A stretch of 64,000 nt of DNA from Alphaproteobacteria bacterium (lineage in GTDB: Bacteria; Pseudomonadota; Alphaproteobacteria; UBA828), in NCBI GenBank assembly GCA_965214705.1, contig OZ243972.1:1952001-2016000 (forward strand). The letters are read 5' to 3'. Of this stretch, positions 55,201 to 64,000 are shown one piece after another. Both the position numbers and the translations under genes were made by a program. How positions within the stretch are numbered: the first letter of the stretch is position 1; every line of letters begins with the position of its first letter. The notes under the pieces were generated by a model. The model was not told where the DNA came from. It saw only the letters and a program-made list of their open reading frames with translations, and ran no database searches.

Positions 55201-57461
55201 CGCTCCATCTGCGCGAACTCCGCGCTGTCTGCCGGCACCTGTGCCCCGCCTCCGTGCGACACCCCCTGGATCTTGCTCAGGATGAGAGACGCCCCGCTCT
55301 CGACCTCCGACAGGTAGGTCTCGAAGGCCGCAAGGTTCAGCGCCTCGTGGTCCGCAGTCGTGGACGGCGCGAACACCAGGCGCGTGTTGCCCGACACGCC
55401 GCCTTCCACATGGCAGGCGATGCACTTCGACTGCACCACCGCCTCCGAGATGTGCTGGCCGAACAGCGCCGACGGGCCGTCAAGCTTCCCGAGGAAGCGC
55501 TCCACCTCCGCAAATGCCGCGCTCCCCGCCGGAACCGGCGCCCCACCCCCGTGCGACACACCCTGGATCTTGTTCAGGATGACAGAGGTCCCGCCGTCCA
55601 CCTCCGACAGGAAAGTCGAAAAGGCCGCAAGGTTCAGCGCCTCGTGGTCCGCCGTCGAGGAACGCTCGAACACCAGGCGGGTATTGCCCGACACGCCCCC
55701 TTCCACGTGGCAGGCGATACAGAGCGACTGAACCACCGGCCCCGAGATTTGCTCACCGAACACCGCCGCCGCCGTCGCCGTGTCCCCGGACCCTCCCGAC
55801 GCATCCGCCAGTGCGCCAAGGCTGGCGTTCGGTGCCGTGGAGAGATTGGCAAGATGCCCGCTCGGGCCGGACAGCAGGCTCATCACCTGCAGACGCCGGT
55901 TCGCCGTCACCCCCAGGTGCCATTCACCCTCGCCATCGCCGAACGAGCCCGAAAGCCCCGTCCCCGTGCCCTCCTCAAGCTCCGATACCGTCACCTCGCG
56001 CGACGCGCCTGCCGCCAGCGTCATCTGCACCGCGCCGCCAGCCATCGCGCCCGTGCCGTCAACGCCCCGGATGGTGATCCCAGCCTCCGTCGCCGACGGA
56101 TTGATCAGCCGGAGCGTCCCCGTCTGCCCCGGTGTCTCCGCCGCGTCCAGAAGCGTCACCTGGTGACCCCACGCCCGGCGCGGCACCAGGTCGTGCATCG
56201 CCGACAGAAGACCGTCCTGAACACCCAGCGGGTGGACATAGGAGAGAACCGCAATGTCGAGCGAGGTGCTCAGCCGCAGCCGCCAGTCCCCGCTGCCCGC
56301 GCCGGTGCCCACGGAAAGACCCTTCGCCGCACTGCCCTCCTCGAGCTTGCCGGAGTTGATGACGAGGCTTTCCAGCGCGCCGATCCAAAGCGTCACCGGC
56401 CCGTACGACGTCCCCGTGTCGTCGATCGCCTCGATGCTCACACTGCCGAACTGGTTCGTGCGGTTGACGATGCGCAGCACGCCTTCGAGGTCCGTGCGCG
56501 AGGCCGAGGGGAACAGGCCCACCGTGTGGATCGTCGTCGCCCCGTCGCCGCCGTCCACCGCAGCAACCGGACCGCTCGACAGGTTGCTCATCGCCCCGCT
56601 GCTCGAACTCGCCAGCAGGTTCATCACCGCGATCGGCCGGTCCGCCGTCACCACCAGACGCCACCGCCCCGATCCATCGCCGAGCGACCCGCTCAGACCA
56701 TCGCCGTCCCCCGTCTCAAGCTCGGACGCCGTGACCATCCGCGACGCCCGTGCCGGTAGAGACAGGCGCACGGCTCCACCCGGCGAGGCGCCCTCATCAT
56801 CGATCCCCTCGACGGTCACCGCCGCCGCCATAGCGCCGGGGTTGATCAGGCGCAACCGGCTCACCTGCCCGGTGGCGCTCGCGGGATTGAACAGGGCGAT
56901 CCGGTAGCCCGAGCCCCCCTGCCGCACAACGTCCTGCATCCCGCTCACCAGACCGGCCTCGGTCCGGGCGTAGGAGAGGACCTCGATATCCAGCGTGCTG
57001 CTCAGCTCCAGGCGCCAGGCACCTGTGCCTGCGCCGGTGCCTGAGCGGAAGCCCGTCTCCGTATCCCCTTCCTCGAGATCGCCCGCATCGAAATGCACCG
57101 TCTCGCCGGCGCCGATGGCCAGCGTCACCGGCCCATGGCGCAAGCCCGTATCGTCGTAGGCCACAATGCTGACCGTGCCTGCCGCCATCGCGTGATTGAT
57201 GACACGCACATGGCCGACGCTGCCCGTCGCCGTCGACTGCGTGAGAAGCGGCACCGTGAGCGTAGAGGACGCACCGGTCGAGGTCGTCGCCGTGCGATCA
57301 ACCGCGCCATAAACAAACGCAGCGGACACGCAAAAAACTCCGGCGAACACCACAGGAATCGCCAGAGACTTGCGCAGGCCTCGTATCAGTCGCCGCGGAT
57401 ATAGCCCCGCGACCGCAGCCAGCCATGTTCTTGCCAGCATCCTAACCTGCCAGAATCTCAA
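52218..57461 (-). CDS. Large exported multidomain protein: 4 beta-rich repeats, 2 CIACH repeats, DUF1592/DUF1588-like core with CTVCH, 2 CBM-like inserts
   Basis: 1747-aa ORF with N-terminal hydrophobic segment; LRRAALIFAGRIPT, HAGIL, TNRNRARA, CTVCHTVMDP, C-terminal YLLMDYRYLY. Adjacent to DUF1501, as is usual for this family. Confidence 0.85.
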   Translation of the reverse strand: MRFWQVRMLARTWLAAVAGLYPRRLIRGLRKSLAIPVVFAGVFCVSAAFVYGAVDRTATTSTGASSTLTVPLLTQSTATGSVGHVRVINHAMAAGTVSIVAYDDTGLRHGPVTLAIGAGETVHFDAGDLEEGDTETGFRSGTGAGTGAWRLELSSTLDIEVLSYARTEAGLVSGMQDVVRQGGSGYRIALFNPASATGQVSRLRLINPGAMAAAVTVEGIDDEGASPGGAVRLSLPARASRMVTASELETGDGDGLSGSLGDGSGRWRLVVTADRPIAVMNLLASSSSGAMSNLSSGPVAAVDGGDGATTIHTVGLFPSASRTDLEGVLRIVNRTNQFGSVSIEAIDDTGTSYGPVTLWIGALESLVINSGKLEEGSAAKGLSVGTGAGSGDWRLRLSTSLDIAVLSYVHPLGVQDGLLSAMHDLVPRRAWGHQVTLLDAAETPGQTGTLRLINPSATEAGITIRGVDGTGAMAGGAVQMTLAAGASREVTVSELEEGTGTGLSGSFGDGEGEWHLGVTANRRLQVMSLLSGPSGHLANLSTAPNASLGALADASGGSGDTATAAAVFGEQISGPVVQSLCIACHVEGGVSGNTRLVFERSSTADHEALNLAAFSTFLSEVDGGTSVILNKIQGVSHGGGAPVPAGSAAFAEVERFLGKLDGPSALFGQHISEAVVQSKCIACHVEGGVSGNTRLVFAPSTTADHEALNLAAFETYLSEVESGASLILSKIQGVSHGGGAQVPADSAEFAQMERFLGKLDADVVPAAITVETLFDPVRMASLRKTLRRAALIFAGRIPTEAEYASIYTGPTALRRTIRNLMTGPEFHEFIIRGANDRLLTDRDDGGIIGGIQFVDYIREEYRQKKAAQASGNDDIFGHWARRVQHGARRAPLELIAYVVENDRPYTEILTADYIMANPYSAKAYGASTTFDDADDPREFKPSKIVSYYREGEDFIHEYDPIIGATLITDPGSLRTNYPHAGILNTTTFLKRYPTTATNRNRARARWTYYHFLGVDIENSASRTMDAVALADTNNPTMRNPACTVCHTVMDPVAGAFQDYGDEGLYKDQRGGVDSLHELYKNDFGTQQNVEATSWQDRETLTWPLALSAGTQSIKATYTNPWYYDDGEAHYRGHVYLDRLDVLDDQGRRVTSVEFEDLDPPLPPGEDWEAHCADKPNNSATGHGEYLRLNWGGDECALRIDINVPESGVFSAEVVAWSTGHDVRYGDDGYARLALIANPYEQGDTWYRDMRIPGFGGEQAPEGEDSLQWLARKIVADPRFAEATVKFWWPAVMGSEVAEPPAEEGDADFDGQLLAANAQGAEVRRLADGFRQGFRFGARYNLKDLLVEMVLSKWFRADALGLADPVRGVALRDAGARRLLTPEELASKTAALTGYQWGRYIRTDCREDCAAQSRRLDREFKLLYGGIDSDGITERARNATSVMAGVAKRHAAKTSCPVVLRELYLLPDKGRRLFGGIDRSTRPDLNFGASFEIEAASHTGRETLSLEGSLAEGSHTVRLSYLNDYYGVSSATDRSVHLDRLDLRNAAGRIVASYELETMEPIDDCNRPLDETFSLHCEGSLDVPISVPTAGRYTIEVVAWANQAGDELPRLDIVVLNATNSGSGAQAIRGKMVELYDKLLGIEVTPYSPDVDAAFELFLDIAERRQDSEMNYFLWWECGYDDIHFFDGILDDIILEKFDENGNLYYELDWDREDSFMQSTDFEDTHYTAYSWVVVLAYLLMDYRYLYL
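55186..55770. repeat. Tandem 297-bp duplication encoding two CxxCH domains
   Basis: Two 99-aa units, each with VVQS.CIACHVEGGVSGNTRLVF...KIQGVSHGGG. Confidence 0.92.
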
Positions 57462-57487
57462 CCGACCCGGCCCATAAAACCACTAGA

Positions 57488-59647
57488 CCCAAGTTGGCAC
57501 TTTTTCCGGTTGCTCAATGCCGGTCTGCCCATATTTTGCGGACCGAAGTACCACATATTGGGGTAGCTCCGAGATGATGCCACTATATGTGTAATTGAGG
57601 CGCTGGAAGCGCGTTGTAGTGCCAGGAGTTGTTAGGTATTGACGATTTTCCCTTGACCCCAGACCCCAAGCCGACAAATCTTGGCCCCTCGCAACAATCT
57701 CGCGACGGGCGACATGTTCATCAGGGCAACCAAGACCCACACCACCGACGGCAAGCCCGTCCGAAGCCATCGCCTCGTGCTTTCCCAGCGCATCGGCGAC
57801 AAGGTCAGGCAGCGCACGCTCCTCAACCTCGGCACCGACTATCCGGTGCCGAAGGAGAAATGGCGCGAAGTGGCCGAACTCGCCGAGGCGCTGCTGCACG
57901 GCCGCCCGCCGCTGCTCCAAGCCGTCCCGGACGTGCAGGCCGCAGCCGAGGACATCGTCGCCAAGCTCAGGGCCAGGGGGTTCCGCGTCGAGGCGATGCA
58001 GGAAGAGGCGCGCAAGCCCGAGATCGCCACCGTCGACCTCGATACCCTGGAGCACGAGAACCCGCGCACCGTCGGCTGCGAGCGCCTGTGCCTCAAGGCC
58101 CTCGACGACCTTGGCTTCGCCGACATCCTCCACGGCCTTGGCATCAAAGGCCGAGACGGGCGCATCGCGAGCGCGCTGATCGTCGCCAGGATGGTCCATC
58201 CCGCCAGCGAGCGTGATACCAGCCGCTGGCTCCGCCACGACAGCGCGGCCGCCGAGCTCCTGGGCCTGGAGGGCGACCGCAAGGCGCTGCGGCGCAAGAC
58301 GCTCTACCGCATCGGCGACCTGCTCTGGCGCCACCGGGCCGCCATCCAGAGGGAACTGTTCAACCGTGAGCGCGCGCTGCTCGACCTGCCCGAGACGATC
58401 GCCTTCTACGATCTCACCAACGTCCACTACCACGGCCACACCCACGGCGAGCTTCCCAGGTTCGGGCGCTCCAAGCAGAAGCGCGACGACTGTCCCCTCA
58501 TCACGCTGGCGCTGGCGCTCGACGGCGCGGGCTTCCCGCGCAGTTGCGAGATCCTGCCGGGCAACGTGAGCGAGCCGGGCACGCTGCACGAGGCGCTGGC
58601 GCGGCTCGAGGCGGTGTGCGGCGGCACGGCGGCGAAGCCCACGGTGGTCATGGATGCGGGCATCGCCACCGAGGAAAACATCGTCTGGCTGGGCGAGCAG
58701 GGCTACGACTGGATCGCGGTCAGCCGCGGTGCCAGGCCTGCGCCGCCCGAGGGCGGACCCGAGGCCCTGCTGATCACCAGCGCGCGCCACGAGGTGCGGG
58801 CCTGGCGGCTTGCCAGCGAGGACGGCGAGGCGCGGCTCTACGTCGTCAGCGAGGGCAAGAAGAAGGCCGAGAACGCGATCATCGGCCTGAGGCGGAACCG
58901 CTTCGAGGCGGCGCTGGAAAGGCTCCACAGCGGCCTCCCGGTCAAGCGCCGCCTCAAGCGCTACGACAAGGTGCTGGAGAGCATAGGCCGCCTCAAGCAG
59001 CGCTTCTCCGCCGTCGCCAGGCACTACGAGATCACGGTCGAGAAGGCGAAAACCGGCCCCAATGCCACCGCCGTGCGCTTCAAGCGCAGGCCGCGATACG
59101 ACGAGGCCGATGAGGGCGCCGGCGCCTATGTGCTGCGCACCAGCCACGTCGACTGGGATATCGAGACGGTCCTGCGGACGTACTGGCGGATCACGGATAT
59201 CGAGGCGACATTCAAGAGCCTAAAATCCGAGCTCGGCCTTCGCCCGATCTGGCACCAGCTCGACCGGCGCATCGCGGCCCACCTGCTGATCGCCGTGCTG
59301 GCCTACCACGCCGTGCATCTGATCCGTACCCGGCTGGCCGCGCGCGGCATCCACAAGTGCTGGGCATCGATCCGCGAGAGCATGCGGACCTGGGTGCGGA
59401 TCACCACGCGCCTGCGCCAGACCGACGGCACGTTGATCGTCAATCGACAGGACACGCGCCCGGCCGCTGAGGTAGCCGCAATCTCCTCGGCGGCGGGCGT
59501 GGAACCCGCCATCCACCGCACGAGGACCCGCCTGCCGAACTGACAGAATCCAACAAAATGTAGTGCCATGTTGGAATCGGCCGAGAGAAATATCGCGTTA
59601 CATCAACATGATAAAGGACATGGGTAGGACAAAAGTGCCAACCTGGG
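57488..59647 (+). mobile_element. IS1634-family insertion sequence
   Basis: 17-bp TIRs CCCAAGTTGGCACTTTT / AAAAGTGCCAACCTGGG (16/17 match), flanked by TAGA on both sides. Confidence 0.92.
57714..59543 (+). CDS. IS1634-family DDE transposase (609 aa)
   Basis: MFIRATK, QRTLLNLG, FYDLTN, FGRSKQKR, VMDAGI, IEATFKSLKSELGLRPIWH. Confidence 0.94.
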   Translation: MFIRATKTHTTDGKPVRSHRLVLSQRIGDKVRQRTLLNLGTDYPVPKEKWREVAELAEALLHGRPPLLQAVPDVQAAAEDIVAKLRARGFRVEAMQEEARKPEIATVDLDTLEHENPRTVGCERLCLKALDDLGFADILHGLGIKGRDGRIASALIVARMVHPASERDTSRWLRHDSAAAELLGLEGDRKALRRKTLYRIGDLLWRHRAAIQRELFNRERALLDLPETIAFYDLTNVHYHGHTHGELPRFGRSKQKRDDCPLITLALALDGAGFPRSCEILPGNVSEPGTLHEALARLEAVCGGTAAKPTVVMDAGIATEENIVWLGEQGYDWIAVSRGARPAPPEGGPEALLITSARHEVRAWRLASEDGEARLYVVSEGKKKAENAIIGLRRNRFEAALERLHSGLPVKRRLKRYDKVLESIGRLKQRFSAVARHYEITVEKAKTGPNATAVRFKRRPRYDEADEGAGAYVLRTSHVDWDIETVLRTYWRITDIEATFKSLKSELGLRPIWHQLDRRIAAHLLIAVLAYHAVHLIRTRLAARGIHKCWASIRESMRTWVRITTRLRQTDGTLIVNRQDTRPAAEVAAISSAAGVEPAIHRTRTRLPN

Positions 59648-59664
59648 TAGAGAAGAGCCACTTG

Positions 59665-60110
59665 CAAGGTTAAGGGTTGCGCAGGTTCTCGAGAGAGAGC
59701 CTGCGCAACCCTTTTGAACGGAGGCGCGGGCCACGAGAGGCGAAGTTGAGCTAAGTGGAAAGAGCGCTGATGTCAGCGTCAGGCGGCATCCACCGGCAGC
59801 AGGGTTGCGCATGAGATCGCGCTCGCGCCCGTCTTTCGGCAGGCATGCGGGCGCACGCTGCGAGGACTGAGCGGAGTGTGAGCCGAGGGCTGTCACCCCG
59901 GCTCAAGCGGAGACAGGTTCGGTCGTGCGTCGGCGCTTTGGCGCCGTTGCGCGGGGCCGAAGTGAGCGGCCGTCTCACGGTTTCCCCCTGTGGTTCGGCG
60001 GCAGCGCCGGCGGGCCGCACGTCGAGCGGGGCTCATGGCGGCGGTGGATTTCGCGGACGAGGCGCATGACGCCGCCGCAGTGGGGGCAGGCCACGGGCGC
60101 GGCGTCGATC
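59665..60110 (-). mobile_element. Remnant downstream (oriIS-like) end of an element-2 relative, incl. last codons of the transposase
   Basis: Highly similar direct repeat of 36902-37349, again starting at CAAG. Hairpin 59672-59713 has loop GAGA. Confidence 0.9.
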
Positions 60111-60128
60111 TAGTCACCTGAATCTAAA

Positions 60129-60892
60129 CCCAAGTTGGCACTTTTCCGCTGTCTGTGTTCCCTATTGGTTTGATTCAACGCGATATATTTCTCGGCTGAA
60201 TCCAACATGGCCCCACATTTTGTGAGATTCTGTCAGCTTGGCAGGCGGGTCCTCGTGCGGTGGATGGCGGGGTCCACGCCCGCCGCCGAGGAGATTGCGG
60301 CAACCTCGGCGGCCGGGCGCGTGTCCTGGCGGTTGACGATCAAGGTGCCGTCGGTCTGGCGCAGGCGCGTGGTGATCCGCACCCAGGTCCGCATGCTCTC
60401 GCGGATCGATGCCCAGCACTTGTGGATGCCGCGCGCGGCCAGCCGGGTGCGGATCAGATGCACGGCGTGGTAGGCCAGGACGGCGATCAGCAGGTGGGCC
60501 GCGATGCGCCGGTCGAGCTGGTGCCAGATCGTGCGAAGGCCGAGCTCGGATTTCAAGCTTCGGAATGTCGCCTCGATATCCGTGATCCGCCAGTACGTCC
60601 GCAGGACCGTCTCGATGTCCCAGCCGACGTGGCTGGTGCGCAGCACATAGGCGCCCGCGCCCTCGTCGGCCTCGTCGTATTGCGGCCTGCGCTTGAAGCG
60701 CACGGCAGTGGCGTTGGGGCCGGTTTTCGCCTTCTCGACCGTGATCTCGTAGTGCCTGGCGACGGCGGAGAAGCGCTGCTTGAGGCGGCCTATGCTCTCC
60801 AGGACCTTGTCGTAGCGCTTGAGGCGGCCCTTGACCGGGAGGCCGCCGAGGAGCCTTTCCAGCGCCGCCTCGAAGCGGTTCCGCCGCAGGCC
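60129..60892 (-). mobile_element. Partial inverted IS1634 copy (one TIR + 3' third of transposase, 60233-60892)
   Basis: CCCAAGTTGGCACTTTT at 60129; protein from GLRRNRFEAALERL onward is nearly identical to the intact copy. Confidence 0.92.
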
Positions 60893-61059
60893 CAGGTTCC
60901 CTTTGTACAAACTGCCGTATCCGGTCAGCCGCTTGTGACACGCTCTCCCGGTCCTGCGTCCGGCGCGTGCTTTGGCTTTCCAGATTCCCCTTGGGCTCGG
61001 CCCTTGGCTCCACCGGCTCCGCCGGGGCAGGTGCCCCATTGTTCGCCGGCTTCATCGCT

Positions 61060-63067
61060 GTCGGGTCGGAGGAGGCGCCCCGCGAGGCTAGCCTCCGTCC
61101 GCCGCTCAAACGGCCCGTACGGTTTTCCCGTAAGCCGCTTTCACAAAGGTGTCTCAACGAAGGTTCAAGGACGGAACCAGTGAAATCAGGCGAACAAGCC
61201 CGTATTCGTCGATCAGCTTGCGCTCCGGCAACTGTTTCCAGCCAGCGTTGCGCCAGCGCTTGCGACGATGCGACCAGAGCCGCCGCACGATCCAGCCGTC
61301 AAGCTGGTGGAAGAGCCCGCGGACGTGGGCCTTGCAATAGTATTGGCCCCATCCCCGAATGATCGGGTTGATCTCGTCAATCAGCCCCTGCGTGCTGACA
61401 GGAGCCTTGCGCCGGGTACGCTGGCGAATCTGGTTCTTGAAGTGCCGGATGGATTTCTCACGCGGAACCGCGTAGCGCGCTCCCCCGCGAACCCCGCTCT
61501 TGATCTTGGAGGACGACAGCCGGAGAGGCCGCTCGCCCTGCTTGATCTTGTAGCCGAGGAACTCAAACCCGTGCCTGACATGGACAATGCGGGTCTTCCC
61601 GGCGTTGAGGGACACACCCAGCTTTGCCAGAATCCGCCTGGCCGTCTCCAGTGCTGCGCGGGCTTCCCCGCGTGTGCGGCACGTGATCAGCCAATCATCG
61701 GCGTATCGCGTTAGTCGATAGCCGCGACGACGCATTTCCCAATCGAACGGGGTCAGCAAGATATTGCTGAGCAGCGGTGAAACGATGCCGCCCTGCGGAG
61801 TGCCCTGTTCGGTCGGCAGCCTCTTACCGTCGGCCACCACCCCGGCCGTGAGCATCTGCCTGAGCAGACCTAATACCCGGCCATCCGAGACTCGCTGGTT
61901 GACGAGTTCGAGGAGCTTTTCGTGGTCCACGGACCCGAAGAAGTCTTTCAAATCCGCATCGAGAACCCACTCGTTGCCCTCGTCCAGTTCCCTCCATATC
62001 TTGCGTAACGCTCCATGGGCAGACCTTCCTTGCCGGTACCCGTAGTTGGCATCGTCGAACACCGGCTCGAAGATCGGTTCCAGCCGGTTCAGCAGCGCCT
62101 GCTGGCACACCCGGTCGTAGATTGTCGGGATGCCGAGCGGGCGGAACTTCCCCGGCTGGCCCGCCTTGGGGATCAGGCATTGGAGAACCGGCTGCGGGTG
62201 ATACTCACCGTCCCGCAACTCCCGGTGCAGGCGATCGAGATTTGCATCCAGCGATGCCTCGAACGCCGCCAAATCCTCTCCGTCCACGCCACCGGCACCC
62301 CGGTTGCGCTTCACCTTTTCCCAGGCCACCTCAAGGTTCTTCCGCTTGTACACCTTGTCCACCAGTGAGTGGACCTTCCTGTCACCCGCCGGGTTGATCC
62401 AGTCGATGAGTCTCCTCGGGCCATGATGTCCGAACTTGTCCGCGTCATGGTCCTTACTCACTCATCGCTGTCTCTCGCCGACCACCTCTGCCAACCGACT
62501 TCCCCGGCCCACACGGCCGCCGCTCGCGCGGTCACCCGGCTTTCGCCGGGCTTCAGGTACTATTCGGTTGTCCGATTGCTCGCCGCGCATCCTTTCCCAT
62601 TTCGCCTTTCGGCTTATAGGGTCCGTTATCCCGGTGCCACCCGAGAACGCGGCGAGCCCTCCTGGGGTCACGTCCAGATCTTCCGTACCGTGCCGCTCGC
62701 AAACACCTTGGTGCGACGGGTGGGTAAGAACGCCTTCGCCGCCATAGTGCCGGCTCGACCTTGCCCCGTCTTTGGCCGACCGATTCATCATGGGGTGGCC
62801 CCCTCGATTACGGCCCGGTACTTCTCCGCAAGCCCTTCAGATTCCACCTCGCGGTGGACACCCTGCCTTCCGGTTGTCTTTCGACAGTGGACCAACTTAG
62901 CTCCTCCCTTGGCTGTCTCCGCCGTTTCCGGCTTCGTGCCCGTTTAGAGTTTCGCTTATCGGCTCACTCCGGCCAGTGAGGAATTACCCCCACTTTTGGA
63001 TATGGCGCCCCTTACCCGAGCGCCAGTGGGACTTGAACCCACCTGATCTGGGCGCTGCCCAGCACAC
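61060..63067 (-). mobile_element. Inner, apparently intact group II intron (about 2.0 kb)
   Basis: 5' GTGTG, domain V AAAGCGGCTTACGGGAAAACCGTACGGGCCGTTT, domain VI ending CCGACCCGAC. Confidence 0.88.
61154..62461 (-). CDS. ltrA: Group II intron reverse transcriptase/maturase, no endonuclease domain
   Basis: GAGGVDG, RPLGIPTIYDR, GTPQGGIVSPLLSNI, RYADD, FEFLGY, INPIIRGWGQYY. Confidence 0.95.
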   Translation of the reverse strand: MSKDHDADKFGHHGPRRLIDWINPAGDRKVHSLVDKVYKRKNLEVAWEKVKRNRGAGGVDGEDLAAFEASLDANLDRLHRELRDGEYHPQPVLQCLIPKAGQPGKFRPLGIPTIYDRVCQQALLNRLEPIFEPVFDDANYGYRQGRSAHGALRKIWRELDEGNEWVLDADLKDFFGSVDHEKLLELVNQRVSDGRVLGLLRQMLTAGVVADGKRLPTEQGTPQGGIVSPLLSNILLTPFDWEMRRRGYRLTRYADDWLITCRTRGEARAALETARRILAKLGVSLNAGKTRIVHVRHGFEFLGYKIKQGERPLRLSSSKIKSGVRGGARYAVPREKSIRHFKNQIRQRTRRKAPVSTQGLIDEINPIIRGWGQYYCKAHVRGLFHQLDGWIVRRLWSHRRKRWRNAGWKQLPERKLIDEYGLVRLISLVPSLNLR

Positions 63068-63463
63068 ACTATGGCCGAGTCTGATTTCTCCATGTCGTTC
63101 ATCTTCGGTTACGGACTCCTCCTTTCCTCAGCGTTCCCGCCACGACTCAGCGGGATGACATGGAGACCTCCCAGGTCCCGGTGCAGTGCGTACGTACGTG
63201 CGTGGGTTCTCTGACACCGCGGGATTCAGACCCCCCTCGCCATATCGGTGGGCCAGATGCGACCTTCGGCCAACGAAAGAGCCTCGGCATCCCGGATGAT
63301 GTTTCTTTCGGTGCTCAATAGCCCCGCCCACACGCGCCCCTGTCAACGCTTGACCCTCGCCCTCGCGAGCGACGGCCCATGACTCGGGGTGGAAGTGGTG
63401 GCTCACCTTCTCCTTCCTGTTGGACTTTCACCAACTGCACTCGCACCAGTTCGCCTGGCGCAC

Positions 63464-63539
63464 CCCGCTCCCACTCCGCATCGGTGGCCATGACCGCGCG
63501 CTGGCGCCGTCCGCCGGCGTCCTCCCTCATCGTGGCCAA
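63464..63539 (-). pseudogene. 5' exon of a small gene interrupted by the outer intron (possibly ribbon-helix-helix-like)
   Basis: MATMREDAGGRRQRAVMATDAEWER runs directly into the intron GTGCG. The 3' exon is absent from the window. Confidence 0.4.
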
Positions 63540-63789
63540 CCGCCCGTAGGGACCTGCTGCAACCGCGACACGCGGCTACCCCTGAATGTAGAATAGATCG
63601 CAAAACTCCTATGTTATTCCTCGTGCCTGATATTATATGCCATTCGTGTGTCCTGATCAAGTGATCCGCTTCCGCCACAACAGCCATGTCCCCTCTCCAC
63701 AGGACAATCCACATCCCGGCTTCCCCAAATGCAACTCCTTAAAGACACAAGATCAGCCGATGTGTCCTCCACCCCCGCTCCATTCGCCC

Positions 63790-63818
63790 TTGACGTCAGC
63801 CATAACTCATTGTAACAT
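63790..63818 (+). promoter_or_regulatory. Sigma70-like promoter candidate
   Basis: TTGACG-N17-TAACAT in an AT-richer intergenic region. Confidence 0.35.
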
Positions 63819-64000
63819 AGCTCTAGTACAGGAGGAAGCTGCAACCCTACGTCACGGTGCGCTCGCCAGATATTCGCCACTGTAAGTGCACACCTGACGC
63901 TCCGCTGCCGTTGCTGCGGCATTCGCCGGCGCATTCGCGCTGCTCCTTACGACAGGCGCGCCATCCGCAACCGCCGCGGACGTCTACACCCCGGCGCCGC

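Larger units (their letters stand above)
60893..63463 (-). mobile_element. Outer group II intron, interrupted by a second intron and truncated at the start of its ORF
   Basis: 5' GTGCG at 63463. Removing the inner intron restores TCAGACTCGGCCATAGT|AGCGATGAAGCCGGCGAAC. The ORF start VSQAADRIRQ is cut at about 60893. Confidence 0.8.

Noticed and set aside
57488-60892. Functional composite transposon from the two IS1634 copies
   Set aside because: The second copy lacks its outer end and 5' two-thirds, and the enclosed DNA is only an IS91-like remnant.
61154-62461. RT as retron, DGR or defence RT
   Set aside because: It has a maturase domain and is flanked by a group II 5' end and domains V/VI. 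No TR/VR pair or msr-msd was seen.
1-64000. tRNA/rRNA genes or a tRNA-type att site for the integrases
   Set aside because: None recognised by eye; element boundaries could not be fixed in this window.

Overview
A GC-rich bacterial window made almost entirely of mobile and accessory DNA, with nearly all genes on the minus strand. (1) 1-1.2 kb: an IS1595-family element with a passenger ORF running off the window edge. (2) 1.2-34.3 kb: an ICE- or plasmid-like conjugative region. It carries a complete F-type tra operon (traA,L,E,K,B,V,C,trbI,trhF,W,U,trbC,N,F,H,G), ssb, TraD and a MOBF relaxase. It is headed by a phage-like cI / Cro-Cro-Xis switch with an alphaproteobacterial-type LexA box. Further on are a low-GC HNH + DGQHK cargo gene, three tandem arm-type tyrosine integrases (one truncated) and small leading-region-type genes. 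(3) 34.3-39.6 kb: two tandem elements, each pairing a tyrosine recombinase with an IS91-family HUH transposase. They have inverted 14-bp end motifs and long terminal hairpins, and a third end fragment at 59.7 kb carries the same hairpin with its loop inverted. (4) 39.6-57.5 kb: a type II secretion cluster (gspL-like gene truncated), an ApbE-like gene, a Tat-exported DUF1501 protein and a 1.7-kaa protein with three CxxCH motifs. (5) 57.5-64 kb: an IS1634 element, a partial inverted copy, and a group II intron nested inside another group II intron. The most unusual signals are the flip/flop hairpin of the IS91-like elements, a covarying 15-bp quasi-palindromic repeat scattered in-frame through the tra genes, and the HNH-first DGQHK protein. 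No rRNA, tRNA or CRISPR array was seen. All family assignments come from motif recognition by eye, not database searches.
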